Shown: positions 30,701 through 38,888 of the stretch, piece by piece
Position numbering within the stretch: position 1 is the first letter of the stretch
Layout: each line of letters begins with the position of its first letter
Made by a program: the position numbers and the translations under genes
Source of the DNA: a virus
Taxonomy: Duplodnaviria; Caudoviricetes
Direction: 5' to 3' (one strand)
Length of the DNA: 64,000 bases
Virus record (IMG/VR): IMGVR_UViG_3300014205_000170
Location: 384,001-448,000 of that record
The notes under the pieces: generated by a model
Seen by the model: only the letters and a program-made list of their open reading frames with translations
Told to the model about the DNA's origin: nothing
Database searches by the model: none

Positions 30701-32314
30701 ATGAGTGCACAAAAAAGAATAGATTTTTTAAAAAATCAATTTTCAAAGGTCGATAGAGAATCTTTTGAAAAGCTTATTCAGGCTGACCCAACGCCAGAAA
30801 AGAAATATTCTACTTGGCTATTAAAACTATTTTCAAAATCCTCTTTAAATCTTAATGATTTACCAACTGTAACAGAAGCAATTTCTATTCATGCAGATTT
30901 AAAACAAGACATACCAGAACATTTAAGAGATATAAATAGATTTGACTCTGTTGTATCATTTTTATTTACATTAAATAAATGGCTTGTAAACAGATTTAAT
31001 GAAAATGAAAAAAATATTGAGTTTTTAAAAGCTGGTGGCGATTTAATTTTTGATAATGAGGATTGTACTATTACAAAAGTATTAAGTTATCATGGTTCTG
31101 TTCATTTTGGAAGTGGCACTTCTTGGTGTACGCTCAAGATGGATTCTTATAACAGCTATGCGCAACAAGGGTACTTATATATTTTTACTCCAAAAAATGG
31201 AAAATATACAAAATATTTTGGCAAAAAAACGCAACTCCATTTTGGTAAACATGAATTTAGAAATCATGATAACACAGAGATTAATTTAACAAATATCATT
31301 TTAAATAATCCTGAATTATATGAACCATTTAAAATGATAGATGGTTTACAAAGTGATAATAAAATTTATGATTTTTTCTTTTTTGAAAAACTAACTCCTA
31401 GCGACAAAATAAATGCCGTTTCTACATATGGTTTTTCGATTTTGTCTTTTTTAAAAGAATTCTCATCAGATTTTATCAACAGATTATTCATGGAATATGG
31501 AGAAAAAGCTTACAAACACGTTCCTGAATCTTTAGAAAAAACTAAATCTTATGTTTCTCACGTACAAGATGGTTTGAAAAAATTATTAATCAAAGGAGAA
31601 GAAATTACACATGAGATATTTAAAGAATCAGTTAAGACATTTCCTGAAAATATTTTATTACTAGATTACGATGATGAAGATTTGTGGTTAGAAGTTCTTA
31701 AAAAAGAAGCTTGGTTAATTAAAAAAAGTCCTTTTATAAAGGATGCTCCAAAATTATTAACAGCAGTTAAAAATAATTATGGAATCATTAAATATATTTC
31801 TCCTATAAAAACTTTTTCAATTGAACAAAGGATAGAATTGGCGGAATGTTTGGTAGACGATTCTTGTGAAAATTATTTAGAATATTTACGCGCATTAGGA
31901 GAATTTGATGAAAAAGCTCAAGAAAAACTTGTAAAATTAAATCCTCATTCTGTAGATTATTTAGTTTCAGCTTCTGAAAAAGTAAAAGAACTTTCAGAAA
32001 AATTAATCACAGAAAAACGTAAAGAAGAAGAAGAAGCAGAAGAATTGGCAAGAAAACGATATTATAAAAAAACAAATAAATTTTTAGGAGATTACGAATA
32101 CGATAAAGCTGAATCTTGGGTTGAAATAATAGATAAATATAACACAACCGGAGAATGGAACATTAAAGATATAGTACGTATTATGGAAACTGAAAACGGA
32201 GACCGTTACTATCAAACAAAAGATGGTAGAATGCACAAAACTTTAGATAGTGTACGCAGAACAATGAAAAATAAATATTCAAGCGATTGTGATGGTAGTT
32301 TTAATGATTTTTAA
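30701..32314 (+). CDS. Hypothetical jumbo-phage protein (ADPT..KKY..W / G.GT.WCT type) with helical repeats
   Basis: Motifs as named; 537-aa ORF. Confidence 0.6.
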   Translation: MSAQKRIDFLKNQFSKVDRESFEKLIQADPTPEKKYSTWLLKLFSKSSLNLNDLPTVTEAISIHADLKQDIPEHLRDINRFDSVVSFLFTLNKWLVNRFNENEKNIEFLKAGGDLIFDNEDCTITKVLSYHGSVHFGSGTSWCTLKMDSYNSYAQQGYLYIFTPKNGKYTKYFGKKTQLHFGKHEFRNHDNTEINLTNIILNNPELYEPFKMIDGLQSDNKIYDFFFFEKLTPSDKINAVSTYGFSILSFLKEFSSDFINRLFMEYGEKAYKHVPESLEKTKSYVSHVQDGLKKLLIKGEEITHEIFKESVKTFPENILLLDYDDEDLWLEVLKKEAWLIKKSPFIKDAPKLLTAVKNNYGIIKYISPIKTFSIEQRIELAECLVDDSCENYLEYLRALGEFDEKAQEKLVKLNPHSVDYLVSASEKVKELSEKLITEKRKEEEEAEELARKRYYKKTNKFLGDYEYDKAESWVEIIDKYNTTGEWNIKDIVRIMETENGDRYYQTKDGRMHKTLDSVRRTMKNKYSSDCDGSFNDF

Positions 32315-32324
32315 ATAACCAATT

Positions 32325-33962
32325 ATGAAAATAAAAAGTATAAGATACGGTTTTGCAAATAATTCATCATCATCACATAGTATTGTGTTTCTAGGAGATT
32401 TCAGAGCGGATGATGACGCAGAAGGAACTGATAGTTTTGGTTGGGATTATTTCACCGCTATCAAGGAGCAATCAAAAAAAGAATATCTTTTTGCAACTCT
32501 TTTACAAGCAGGTAAAATGGCTCACTATAATGCAACAACTATTTTAACTGAAAAGATTGGGTGGTTAAATCCAGAAGATAAATTTGATAAATCACAACAA
32601 GGTTCTAATTATAATGAAAGAGAACAATGTTCTCCTCAAATTAAAACTTTTAAAGATTATTCTAGAAAGGTTGAAAAAGATTTACAATTTGAAATTCTTT
32701 TAAAAGATTTTTCAGATGTATTTGGAGAAGAAATGATAAAAAGATGGTTAGATACAGATTATGATGTGGATGAATATATTTCCGGCATTCCTTATATAGA
32801 CCATCAATCTGTTTTAGCATTACCAATACATCCAGATGGAAGTTTGCATGCAAAATTTATAAAACATTTCTTTCAAGTTTTAATTAAGGAGAATTTTGCA
32901 ATTCTTGGTGGCAATGATAATTCAGGAGAACCACATGATTTAGAAGAACGCGAAACTTATTCAGATAATTTATCAATTAAAGCAGTACAAAAAGTATTGA
33001 ATTTTATTGGAACAGAAGGAAAAGGACCAGTTTGTGTTTATGATGAAATTAATAATGATTTTATTTTACAAAAATACAGAAGTGGTGATAAACTTAGAGT
33101 TTCTTTTGAAATAAATTCTACGACAAATAAAAGTGCTTTTCCGGAACTTGTTGATTTGAAAATTACTGATAACTGTGATTATGGTTGTACTTTTTGTTAT
33201 CAATCATCTACAAAAGAAGGTAAACATGGTGAGTTAGAAAACATTAAAAACACTATAAAAACTCTAGCAAATTCAAAAGTAATGGAAATTGCTATTGGTG
33301 GTGGAGAGCCTACGATGCACCCAAATTTGTTAGAAATTTTACAATTTATCCGAGAGCATAATATGCTTGCTTGTTTTACAACAAAAAATTTCGACTTACA
33401 TAAAAGACCAGATTTTGAACAAATAATAAAAACAGCAAACTCTATTGCATTTTCTTGTAATTCAAAAGCAGAAATTGATAAAGTATTACTTATAAAAGAA
33501 GCAATGCGAGATGGTAGAAATTATCCAGGAAGTGAAGGTATAACAGATGTTTATTTTCAAATGATACCAGAACTAATGAGTAATAATGCATTTGATAACT
33601 CTTTAAATAAATTGGGTTATAGAGAAAAAATAACTCTTCTTGGGTATAAAGATTTTGGTTTTGGAGAAAAATATGCACCAAAAAATAGATTTGAAGATTC
33701 CTCTTGGATTGATACTGTAAAAAAATATTCTAAAGATAAAAATATGGATTTTGGAATTGATTCCGTACTTGTATCTAAGTGGAAAAAAGAACTAATTGAA
33801 AAAGGTGTTAATCCTTTAGCCTTAGTTGGAGAAGAAGGAAAATTTAGTTGTTATGTTGATGCTGTTAATATGACAATTCACAAATCTTCATTTTCTAAAG
33901 AAGAGGGTATTAAATTAACCGGACATGAAGAAACAATCAAAGAACATTTTGCAACGTTCTAA
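32325..33962 (+). CDS. Radical SAM protein with N-terminal NSSSSHS domain
   Basis: CDYGCTFC (CxxxCxxC); GGGEPT.HP; N-terminal IRYGFANNSSSSHS. Confidence 0.85.
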   Translation: MKIKSIRYGFANNSSSSHSIVFLGDFRADDDAEGTDSFGWDYFTAIKEQSKKEYLFATLLQAGKMAHYNATTILTEKIGWLNPEDKFDKSQQGSNYNEREQCSPQIKTFKDYSRKVEKDLQFEILLKDFSDVFGEEMIKRWLDTDYDVDEYISGIPYIDHQSVLALPIHPDGSLHAKFIKHFFQVLIKENFAILGGNDNSGEPHDLEERETYSDNLSIKAVQKVLNFIGTEGKGPVCVYDEINNDFILQKYRSGDKLRVSFEINSTTNKSAFPELVDLKITDNCDYGCTFCYQSSTKEGKHGELENIKNTIKTLANSKVMEIAIGGGEPTMHPNLLEILQFIREHNMLACFTTKNFDLHKRPDFEQIIKTANSIAFSCNSKAEIDKVLLIKEAMRDGRNYPGSEGITDVYFQMIPELMSNNAFDNSLNKLGYREKITLLGYKDFGFGEKYAPKNRFEDSSWIDTVKKYSKDKNMDFGIDSVLVSKWKKELIEKGVNPLALVGEEGKFSCYVDAVNMTIHKSSFSKEEGIKLTGHEETIKEHFATF

Positions 33963-34123
33963 ACACTATCGTTTGTTTAAACTCTATTTTTGGAAAATAA
34001 GAAAAGAAATGACAGAAATGTACAACTGGAATCGCGAACGCGGTTATTGGTAAATTTAACGGTGGATTGTTTATGACGTTGGTAATTAGAATTACAAATG
34101 TTCGTTAACAGAAAAATGATAAT

Positions 34124-34342
34124 ATGAAAAACAAAACTTCAAAAAAAGCACAAACCTCCAATGGCATTAAACAATATGTTATGCGAGGTTGCGACTTGAA
34201 AGGAAAAGGTGCAATGTTAGCACTTGGATTGACATACGCATCAAATGGATATAAAGGAGAAATAACTATTGATGCTGACTTTATAACGGCACTATTAGGA
34301 GAGTATGCTGAAATTGCTGTAAAGGCAAGTAATCTCTCATAA
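34124..34342 (+). CDS. Hypothetical protein
   Basis: ORF. Confidence 0.45.
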   Translation: MKNKTSKKAQTSNGIKQYVMRGCDLKGKGAMLALGLTYASNGYKGEITIDADFITALLGEYAEIAVKASNLS

Positions 34343-34344
34343 CA

Positions 34345-34611
34345 ATGAGTAGAAGTAAAAAACAGAAAAATCCTTCTGGAAAAAAATATACAAAACCTAG
34401 GAAAATGAAACCTTATTGTTTGACTGGGGAGAAAAGAAATCACGTAAGTTATCTTGAATCTGGTGCTTCATATGAAAATTATAATAATCCTGCGGATGCA
34501 AAAAAAGCAAGAGACGATTTTCAATTAGAAAGAAAAGCCGAGAAGAAAAAAACTAGGCAACAGGCTAAAAATAAACTAAGGAAAGATTTAGATAATCTAG
34601 ATGAAGATTAA
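34345..34611 (+). CDS. Basic hypothetical protein
   Basis: MSRS.K start; KK..RQ..K tail. Confidence 0.55.
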   Translation: MSRSKKQKNPSGKKYTKPRKMKPYCLTGEKRNHVSYLESGASYENYNNPADAKKARDDFQLERKAEKKKTRQQAKNKLRKDLDNLDED

Positions 34612-34691
34612 AATTTTTAATTAAAATTTGCTTTTTTATAAAATTTTATTTACATTTGTATTCTATAATTAAGAGAGAAAAAATAATCATT

Positions 34692-35228
34692 ATGAAAATT
34701 ACAGTATCAGAAGCATTAAGGTTGAAAAATGAATTAGCAAAAACAGTTCAAGCTATTCATTCTGAAACATACAGAGCTCCTTTAGGAATTACAAAGGAAG
34801 ATGGTCAATCATTAACCGATGAAAAGGATGGTCAAAAATTCAATGAAGCTGTTGATAGATTATCAAAAGCTTTATCTTTTTCAGAAGAAATTAATTCAAA
34901 AATTGCTCAATTTAATAAAGAAAATAAAATTGACGATAAAGTGCGCTCAATGCAAAATGATAAATTATTACTAGGAGTATTTGAAGGTTCTTTAGTGAGA
35001 ACAAAAGCAGCTAAATCGACCAAGTTTGAAAATCTTGGTAATGGAACACGAAAAGCAATTGTTGTGGAATATGTTCCAACTGTTACTTCAAGTGAGGTAA
35101 AATCAAAAATCGCACACTATAAAACAAAATACAGAACATTGCAAAATGAAATTGAAAAATTGAATCAAGGTTTTGTAGAACTTACGTTCTCATATGATGA
35201 TGTTGAATCTTTAGTTTCAGCACAATAA
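34692..35228 (+). CDS. Coiled-coil protein resembling DIP1984-like family
   Basis: SEALRLKNEL N-terminus; LQNEIEKLN C-terminus; sigma70-type promoter at 34627-34658. Confidence 0.5.
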   Translation: MKITVSEALRLKNELAKTVQAIHSETYRAPLGITKEDGQSLTDEKDGQKFNEAVDRLSKALSFSEEINSKIAQFNKENKIDDKVRSMQNDKLLLGVFEGSLVRTKAAKSTKFENLGNGTRKAIVVEYVPTVTSSEVKSKIAHYKTKYRTLQNEIEKLNQGFVELTFSYDDVESLVSAQ

Positions 35229-35230
35229 AA

Positions 35231-35494
35231 TATTCTCAGGCCAGTACATCGGGTGCCGGTGACCTTTACCGGATAGGTTCTAGCGACGATACACTAGATA
35301 GTTTTGAGGAAGTTTCAGAAGAAACGGCCACCGAATCAGAAATGGTTTACAATTCAGATATGAAATCTTAACGATAGCATTGACTCAAAAAGGCTAAAAC
35401 GTAAAATTGCAAAATTTAAGATTGTAAAAAAGAAAAATGATGGGTTCGATTCCCTGAGTATGAAAATGGCTAATTTTTGGAAAACCTGAGATAC
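35231..35494 (+). ncRNA. Putative structured ncRNA downstream of the coiled-coil gene
   Basis: Closing helix CTCAGG/CCTGAG; hairpins CCGGTGA/TTACCGG, TCTAG/CTAGA, GTTTC/GAAAC; A-rich ~7-8-nt repeats; T-arm-like GGGTTCGATTCCC. Confidence 0.45.
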
Positions 35495-35506
35495 CTTATT
35501 TTTAAT

Positions 35507-35531
35507 GTAACCTTTTTTAAAAGTTTGCGTT
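35507..35531 (+). promoter_or_regulatory. ECF-sigma-type promoter GTAAC-N16-CGTT
   Basis: Exact 16-nt spacer; directly upstream of a tRNA-like RNA. Confidence 0.55.
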
Positions 35532-35545
35532 AAAGGATAAGAAAT

Positions 35546-35662
35546 GGCGAAATAGCTTATGCGGTAAAGCAGTTATTTTGATTAGTTTGTATGGTTTTCC
35601 CAAAGAAAGTTGTATAAAATAGTTAGAATGAAAGGAAGGGGGTTCAAACACTTCTTTCGCCA
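35546..35662 (+). ncRNA. tRNA-like RNA with anticodon arm replaced by a ~60-nt hairpin
   Basis: Acceptor GGCGAAA/TTTCGCC; D arm GCTT/AAGC; GGTTCAAA T-loop; no 7-nt anticodon loop. Confidence 0.55.
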
Positions 35663-35686
35663 CAAAAAAAAATAATTTAAAAAATA

Positions 35687-35717
35687 TTTGGATTTTAAAA
35701 AAATCTGCGTATATTTA
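35687..35717 (+). promoter_or_regulatory. Probable Bacteroidota sigma70-type promoter of leader 1 / tRNA array 1
   Basis: TTTG-N19-TATATTTA (last base deviates from consensus G). Confidence 0.5.
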
Positions 35718-35728
35718 CAAAATATAAC

Positions 35729-35818
35729 ATGAGAACAAATACGTCACATAACCATTTTAATAAATCGACTTTTAGTAATAAAAGCCGAATGGGTGTGCTT
35801 TGTGCTCTTGAAAGATAA
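35729..35818 (+). CDS. Attenuator leader peptide 1 (MRTNTSHNHFNKSTFSNKSRMGVLCALER)
   Basis: 15 of codons 3-19 are T/N/S/H/F, the amino acids of the downstream tRNAs; contains antiterminator strand GGGTGTG. Confidence 0.8.
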   Translation: MRTNTSHNHFNKSTFSNKSRMGVLCALER

Positions 35819-35876
35819 TGAGAGTAAAAAAGATTTAAAACAACACACCCTGGCCGCTTAAACGTCAGGGTTTTTT
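35791..35876 (+). promoter_or_regulatory. Attenuator 1: antiterminator/terminator pair
   Basis: GGGTGTG (35791-97) pairs with CACACCC (35844-50), which overlaps terminator ACCCTGGC/GTCAGGGT + T tract (35847-35876). Confidence 0.8.
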
Positions 35877-35902
35877 GTTTTAATGAAGTTCTTTAAAATA
35901 TT

Positions 35903-35975
35903 GGAGATGTAGCTCAGTTGGTAGAGCAAGGGACTGAAAATCCCTGTGTCAGCGGTTCGATTCCACTCATTTCCA
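35903..35975 (+). tRNA. tRNA-Phe(GAA)
   Basis: AGGGA-CTGAAAA-TCCCT; cloverleaf. Confidence 0.92.
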
Positions 35976-36008
35976 CAACGTTCGAATGGTACACGTTAAG
36001 TACCCCAT

Positions 36009-36081
36009 GGATACATAGCTCAGTGAGAAGAGCGCTCCGCTGAAGACGGAGAGGTCGGTAGTTCGATTCTACCTGTATCCA
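36009..36081 (+). tRNA. tRNA-Phe(GAA), second divergent copy
   Basis: CTCCG-CTGAAGA-CGGAG. Confidence 0.88.
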
Positions 36082-36090
36082 CAAATATCC

Positions 36091-36176
36091 GGAAGCTCCC
36101 AGTAGACAGAGGTACACCGTCTTGAAAACGGCTAGGGCAGTAAAATGCCGTGAGAGTTGGACTCTCTCAGTTTCCG
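36091..36176 (+). tRNA. tRNA-Ser(TGA), atypical D/T loops
   Basis: CCGT-CTTGAAA-ACGG; long variable arm; G73. Confidence 0.75.
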
Positions 36177-36207
36177 CAAAAAATTGTTCTTTGAAATGTA
36201 ATTTATT

Positions 36208-36292
36208 GGAGGTTTGACAGAGCGGTAATGTGCTTGTTTGCTAAACAACGGCTAGGATAACACCTACAGGGATTCGATTTCCTTAACCTCCG
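36208..36292 (+). tRNA. tRNA-Ser(GCT)
   Basis: TTGT-TTGCTAA-ACAA; long variable arm. Confidence 0.85.
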
Positions 36293-36301
36293 CAACAAAC
36301 T

Positions 36302-36386
36302 GGAAAAATGGCCGAGTGGTTTAAGGCGCACGCTTGGAAAGCGTGTAAACAGAAGTGTTTCGTGAGTTCGAATCTCGCTTTTTCCG
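36302..36386 (+). tRNA. tRNA-Ser(GGA)
   Basis: CACGC-TTGGAAA-GCGTG. Confidence 0.92.
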
Positions 36387-36402
36387 CACTAAAAAATAAA
36401 AA

Positions 36403-36708
36403 ATGAATAAATACGCAAGACTCCAACAAGAATTAAGTACAGTTGGAGAAGGTAAAATGAAAGGTTTTGGTAATTCAATGATGCCAATTATTAAATCCGG
36501 TTCGTTATTAACCTTTAAAAAAGCAGATGACTATGATATAGGTGATATAGTTTTCTGCAAAGTTAAAGGACGCTACATAGATGCACACAAGATTACAAAA
36601 AAAGATGCACAAGGTAGATGTATGATAGCAAACAATAAAGGATTTGAAAATGGATGGACTACACAAATTTTTGGAAAAGTAGTCGACATTGAAGAACCAA
36701 AAAAATAA
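36403..36708 (+). CDS. S24/S26 peptidase-like protein
   Basis: GNSMMPII.SG...GDIV...HKI. Confidence 0.65.
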   Translation: MNKYARLQQELSTVGEGKMKGFGNSMMPIIKSGSLLTFKKADDYDIGDIVFCKVKGRYIDAHKITKKDAQGRCMIANNKGFENGWTTQIFGKVVDIEEPKK

Positions 36709-36713
36709 ACACT

Positions 36714-36787
36714 GGGGGAGTAGCTATTAATGTTAGAGCGGTCCGTTGTTAGCGGAAGTGTTGGCGGTTCGAGTCCGTCCTCCCCCG
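36714..36787 (+). tRNA. tRNA-Asn(GTT)
   Basis: TCCG-TTGTTAG-CGGA; GGGGGAG/CTCCCCC acceptor; G73. Confidence 0.8.
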
Positions 36788-36792
36788 CAAAT

Positions 36793-36879
36793 TCTTGGGT
36801 TGCTTTAGTGGCCGAAAAGTCCAGACTGTTAATCTGGTGAGTTCATACTCCATCGCAGGTTCGACTCCTGCCCCAAGAG
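36793..36879 (+). tRNA. tRNA-Asn(GTT) with long variable arm
   Basis: CCAGA-CTGTTAA-TCTGG. Confidence 0.85.
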
Positions 36880-36884
36880 CAAAA

Positions 36885-36966
36885 CCATCTAAAAGATGAA
36901 AGTGGTTGTGTAGCTACTCATTTTTATCAGTTGGCAAACGAAGGTTCGAATCCTTCTTGGATGGGC
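36885..36966 (+). ncRNA. tRNA-like RNA (acceptor + T arm, no D/anticodon cloverleaf)
   Basis: CCATCTAA/TTGGATGG; GAAGG-TTCGAAT-CCTTC; one long internal hairpin. Confidence 0.5.
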
Positions 36967-37001
36967 GAAAGTTTAAATTTGTACTTTGAACAAGTTAACA
37001 T

Positions 37002-37088
37002 GGTAGATGTAACCGGTAATGGCAACCGACCAGTTTGTGGAACTGGAATGAAGAAATTCTAACGTGGGTTCAATTCCCATCTTCTACC
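37002..37088 (+). tRNA. tRNA-His(GTG) with encoded G-1 and long variable arm
   Basis: CCAGT-TTGTGGA-ACTGG; G-1/C73. Confidence 0.8.
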
Positions 37089-37105
37089 CAATAAAATTAA
37101 TTGTA

Positions 37106-37750
37106 ATGGAATTACAGATTGAAAAACAATCAAAAGGTGTGAGAATCATCTCAGGTCAAGAAGCAAAGAATAGAAGAAAGGTCTTGAACGATTTGATTAA
37201 ACTTGCAGAGGAAAAACAATATGAAGAAATAATTCTTCCTAGTGTTGAACCGCAAGCAATTTACACTGAAAAAGCAGGACAAGAAATTCTTGGACAAATG
37301 TATACGTTCAAAGATAAAGGTGAACGAGAAATTTGTTTAAGACCAGAAGGAACTGCAACGGTACAATTGATTGCAAATAAATATTGGAAGAACCAAAAAG
37401 ATGTGAAGTTGTGGTATTTTGAAAGATGTTGGAGATATGAGAGACCACAAGCAGGAAGATACAGAGAGTTTTTTCAATTTGGTGTTGAATGGATAAATCC
37501 AAGAAACATTGAAGAAGCAAAAAGAGAATTAATTGATTTGTCAAAAAATATGGTGAAGTTAGTAACTAACGAAATTGAAGTAAATGAAAGCGTAAAAAGA
37601 GGATTGAGTTATTACATCACAGAAGGTTTTGAAATTTCAATTCCATCTTTGGGAGCGCAGAAACAAGTTGTTGGTGGTGGGGCATATAAAGAAGGAATAG
37701 GATTTGCAGTAGGATTTGATAGAATGATGTTAAAATATAAGTTGCCATAG
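37106..37750 (+). CDS. hisS: Minimal histidyl-tRNA synthetase (class II catalytic core only)
   Basis: LRPEGTA; motif 2 RYERPQAGRYREFFQFGVE; RGLSYY; GGGAY; motif 3 GFAVGFDR; only 214 aa. Confidence 0.8.
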   Translation: MELQIEKQSKGVRIISGQEAKNRRKVLNDLIKLAEEKQYEEIILPSVEPQAIYTEKAGQEILGQMYTFKDKGEREICLRPEGTATVQLIANKYWKNQKDVKLWYFERCWRYERPQAGRYREFFQFGVEWINPRNIEEAKRELIDLSKNMVKLVTNEIEVNESVKRGLSYYITEGFEISIPSLGAQKQVVGGGAYKEGIGFAVGFDRMMLKYKLP

Positions 37751-37813
37751 TTCATTTGGAAGAACACTTCCTTGGTAAGGAAGAGGTGGACAGGTCGGAG
37801 CTGTCTGGCAACT
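37741..37813 (+). tRNA. tRNA-Thr(GGT), atypical T loop
   Basis: CTTCC-TTGGTAA-GGAAG; GTTGCCA/TGGCAAC acceptor; overlaps hisS stop. Confidence 0.7.
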
Positions 37814-37835
37814 ATAATAAATAAAAAAAAGTAAA

Positions 37836-38165
37836 ATGAAAACAACAGTAGAATTTAGACAGAAGTTTCTCACCGAACGGGATGAGAGTGGGCGTTTTAT
37901 TGTAACGTCGTACAGAACTGGTAAATTATATTTTGTTGAACCAATAGGTGGTGATAGACCAGCTGATTGGGGTTCGTATAATCCTAGTACTGGAAACATT
38001 GAAAATAAAAAAGGAACAGGAAAATTCAGAGGTTCAATTGATGAGAAAGATTCAATGATAACTAAAGAAAACGGTTTTGATGATATTCATTATGCCGGTA
38101 TTGGTGGTTCTCCATTTAGTAAAATCGATGAATTGGATGCGAAATATCCAAGTTTGAATAAATAA
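37836..38165 (+). CDS. Hypothetical protein
   Basis: 109-aa ORF between tRNA arrays. Confidence 0.65.
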   Translation: MKTTVEFRQKFLTERDESGRFIVTSYRTGKLYFVEPIGGDRPADWGSYNPSTGNIENKKGTGKFRGSIDEKDSMITKENGFDDIHYAGIGGSPFSKIDELDAKYPSLNK

Positions 38166-38197
38166 AAAAGTAATAACAAAAATAAAAAATAGAAATA

Positions 38198-38269
38198 ATG
38201 TTAGTAGTAGTAGCAATCGTAATAAAAAAGAAAAAGAAACCTTGGTCACAAGGGACGATTGCGTATTGA
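38198..38269 (+). CDS. Attenuator leader peptide 2 (MLVVVAIVIKKKKKPWSQGTIAY)
   Basis: AAA AAG AAA AAG AAA run immediately upstream of a terminator and five tRNA-Lys genes. Confidence 0.8.
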   Translation: MLVVVAIVIKKKKKPWSQGTIAY

Positions 38270-38325
38270 CTTTATTTTAATAAAGTTTCATAAGCCTGAG
38301 TCTCTTTGTAGATTCAGGCTTTTTT
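38213..38325 (+). promoter_or_regulatory. Attenuator 2 (1:2 / 2:3 / 3:4 hairpins)
   Basis: GCAATCGT/ACGATTGC and CCTTG/CAAGG (1:2); ACAAGGGAC with GTCTCTTTGT (2:3); terminator AAGCCTGAGTCT/AGATTCAGGCTT + T tract (38292-38325). Confidence 0.75.
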
Positions 38326-38328
38326 ATT

Positions 38329-38413
38329 GCACCTATGGCTCAATTGGTAGAGCAACCGGCTTTTAACCGGTGGGGTCCGTAAGGCGTTGAGGGTTCGAGT
38401 CCCTCTGGGTGCA
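38329..38413 (+). tRNA. tRNA-Lys(TTT) with long variable arm
   Basis: ACCGG-CTTTTAA-CCGGT. Confidence 0.85.
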
Positions 38414-38417
38414 CAAA

Positions 38418-38490
38418 CCTCTTGTAGCAAACTGGTTGTAGGCAATAGTCTTTTAAACTATGGGGCTTGGTTCGATTCCAAGCGGGAGGA
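38418..38490 (+). tRNA. tRNA-Lys(TTT)
   Basis: ATAGT-CTTTTAA-ACTAT. Confidence 0.8.
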
Positions 38491-38501
38491 CAACATAATT
38501 T

Positions 38502-38577
38502 CCATTCGTAGCAAAATTTGGTTTTTGCTCCTGACTTTTAATCAGAATAAAAGTGGGTTCGATTCCCACCGGATGGA
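38502..38577 (+). tRNA. tRNA-Lys(TTT)
   Basis: CTGA-CTTTTAA-TCAG. Confidence 0.8.
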
Positions 38578-38582
38578 CAAAT

Positions 38583-38656
38583 GCTTTCGTAGCTCAGTTG
38601 GTAGATGCATCTCACTTTTAATGAGAGGGTCGCAGGTTCGAGTCCTGCCGGGAGCA
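38583..38656 (+). tRNA. tRNA-Lys(TTT)
   Basis: TCTCA-CTTTTAA-TGAGA. Confidence 0.9.
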
Positions 38657-38677
38657 CTTATTAAAAAACAAAATACA

Positions 38678-38881
38678 ATGGAAGAATATTCATATTGGGA
38701 AATTTGGTACATTTCATGCGAAGGCAATGAAAGATGGACAACAGCAAGAGCTCCTATTGATTGGGAAGAATGGCAAGTTAGAGACCGAATACCCAGAGGT
38801 GGTTGTGGTGATGATGTATCCGAAGTAACATCAGTACACTCAACTTATGACGATGATTATTCGTGGGATTTTACAGAATAA
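38678..38881 (+). CDS. Small acidic Trp-rich hypothetical protein
   Basis: ATG after A-rich context; the longer track ORF overlaps tRNAs. Confidence 0.6.
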   Translation: MEEYSYWEIWYISCEGNERWTTARAPIDWEEWQVRDRIPRGGCGDDVSEVTSVHSTYDDDYSWDFTE

Positions 38882-38888
38882 CAACATT

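Noticed and set aside
34009-34053. Tiny ORF MTEMYNWNRERGYW as a fourth attenuator leader
   Set aside because: No terminator/antiterminator pair or tRNA follows it.
35231-35494. tmRNA
   Set aside because: A T-arm-like hairpin is present, but there is no GGGG 5' end, no G3:U70 acceptor with CCA, and no convincing tag frame.
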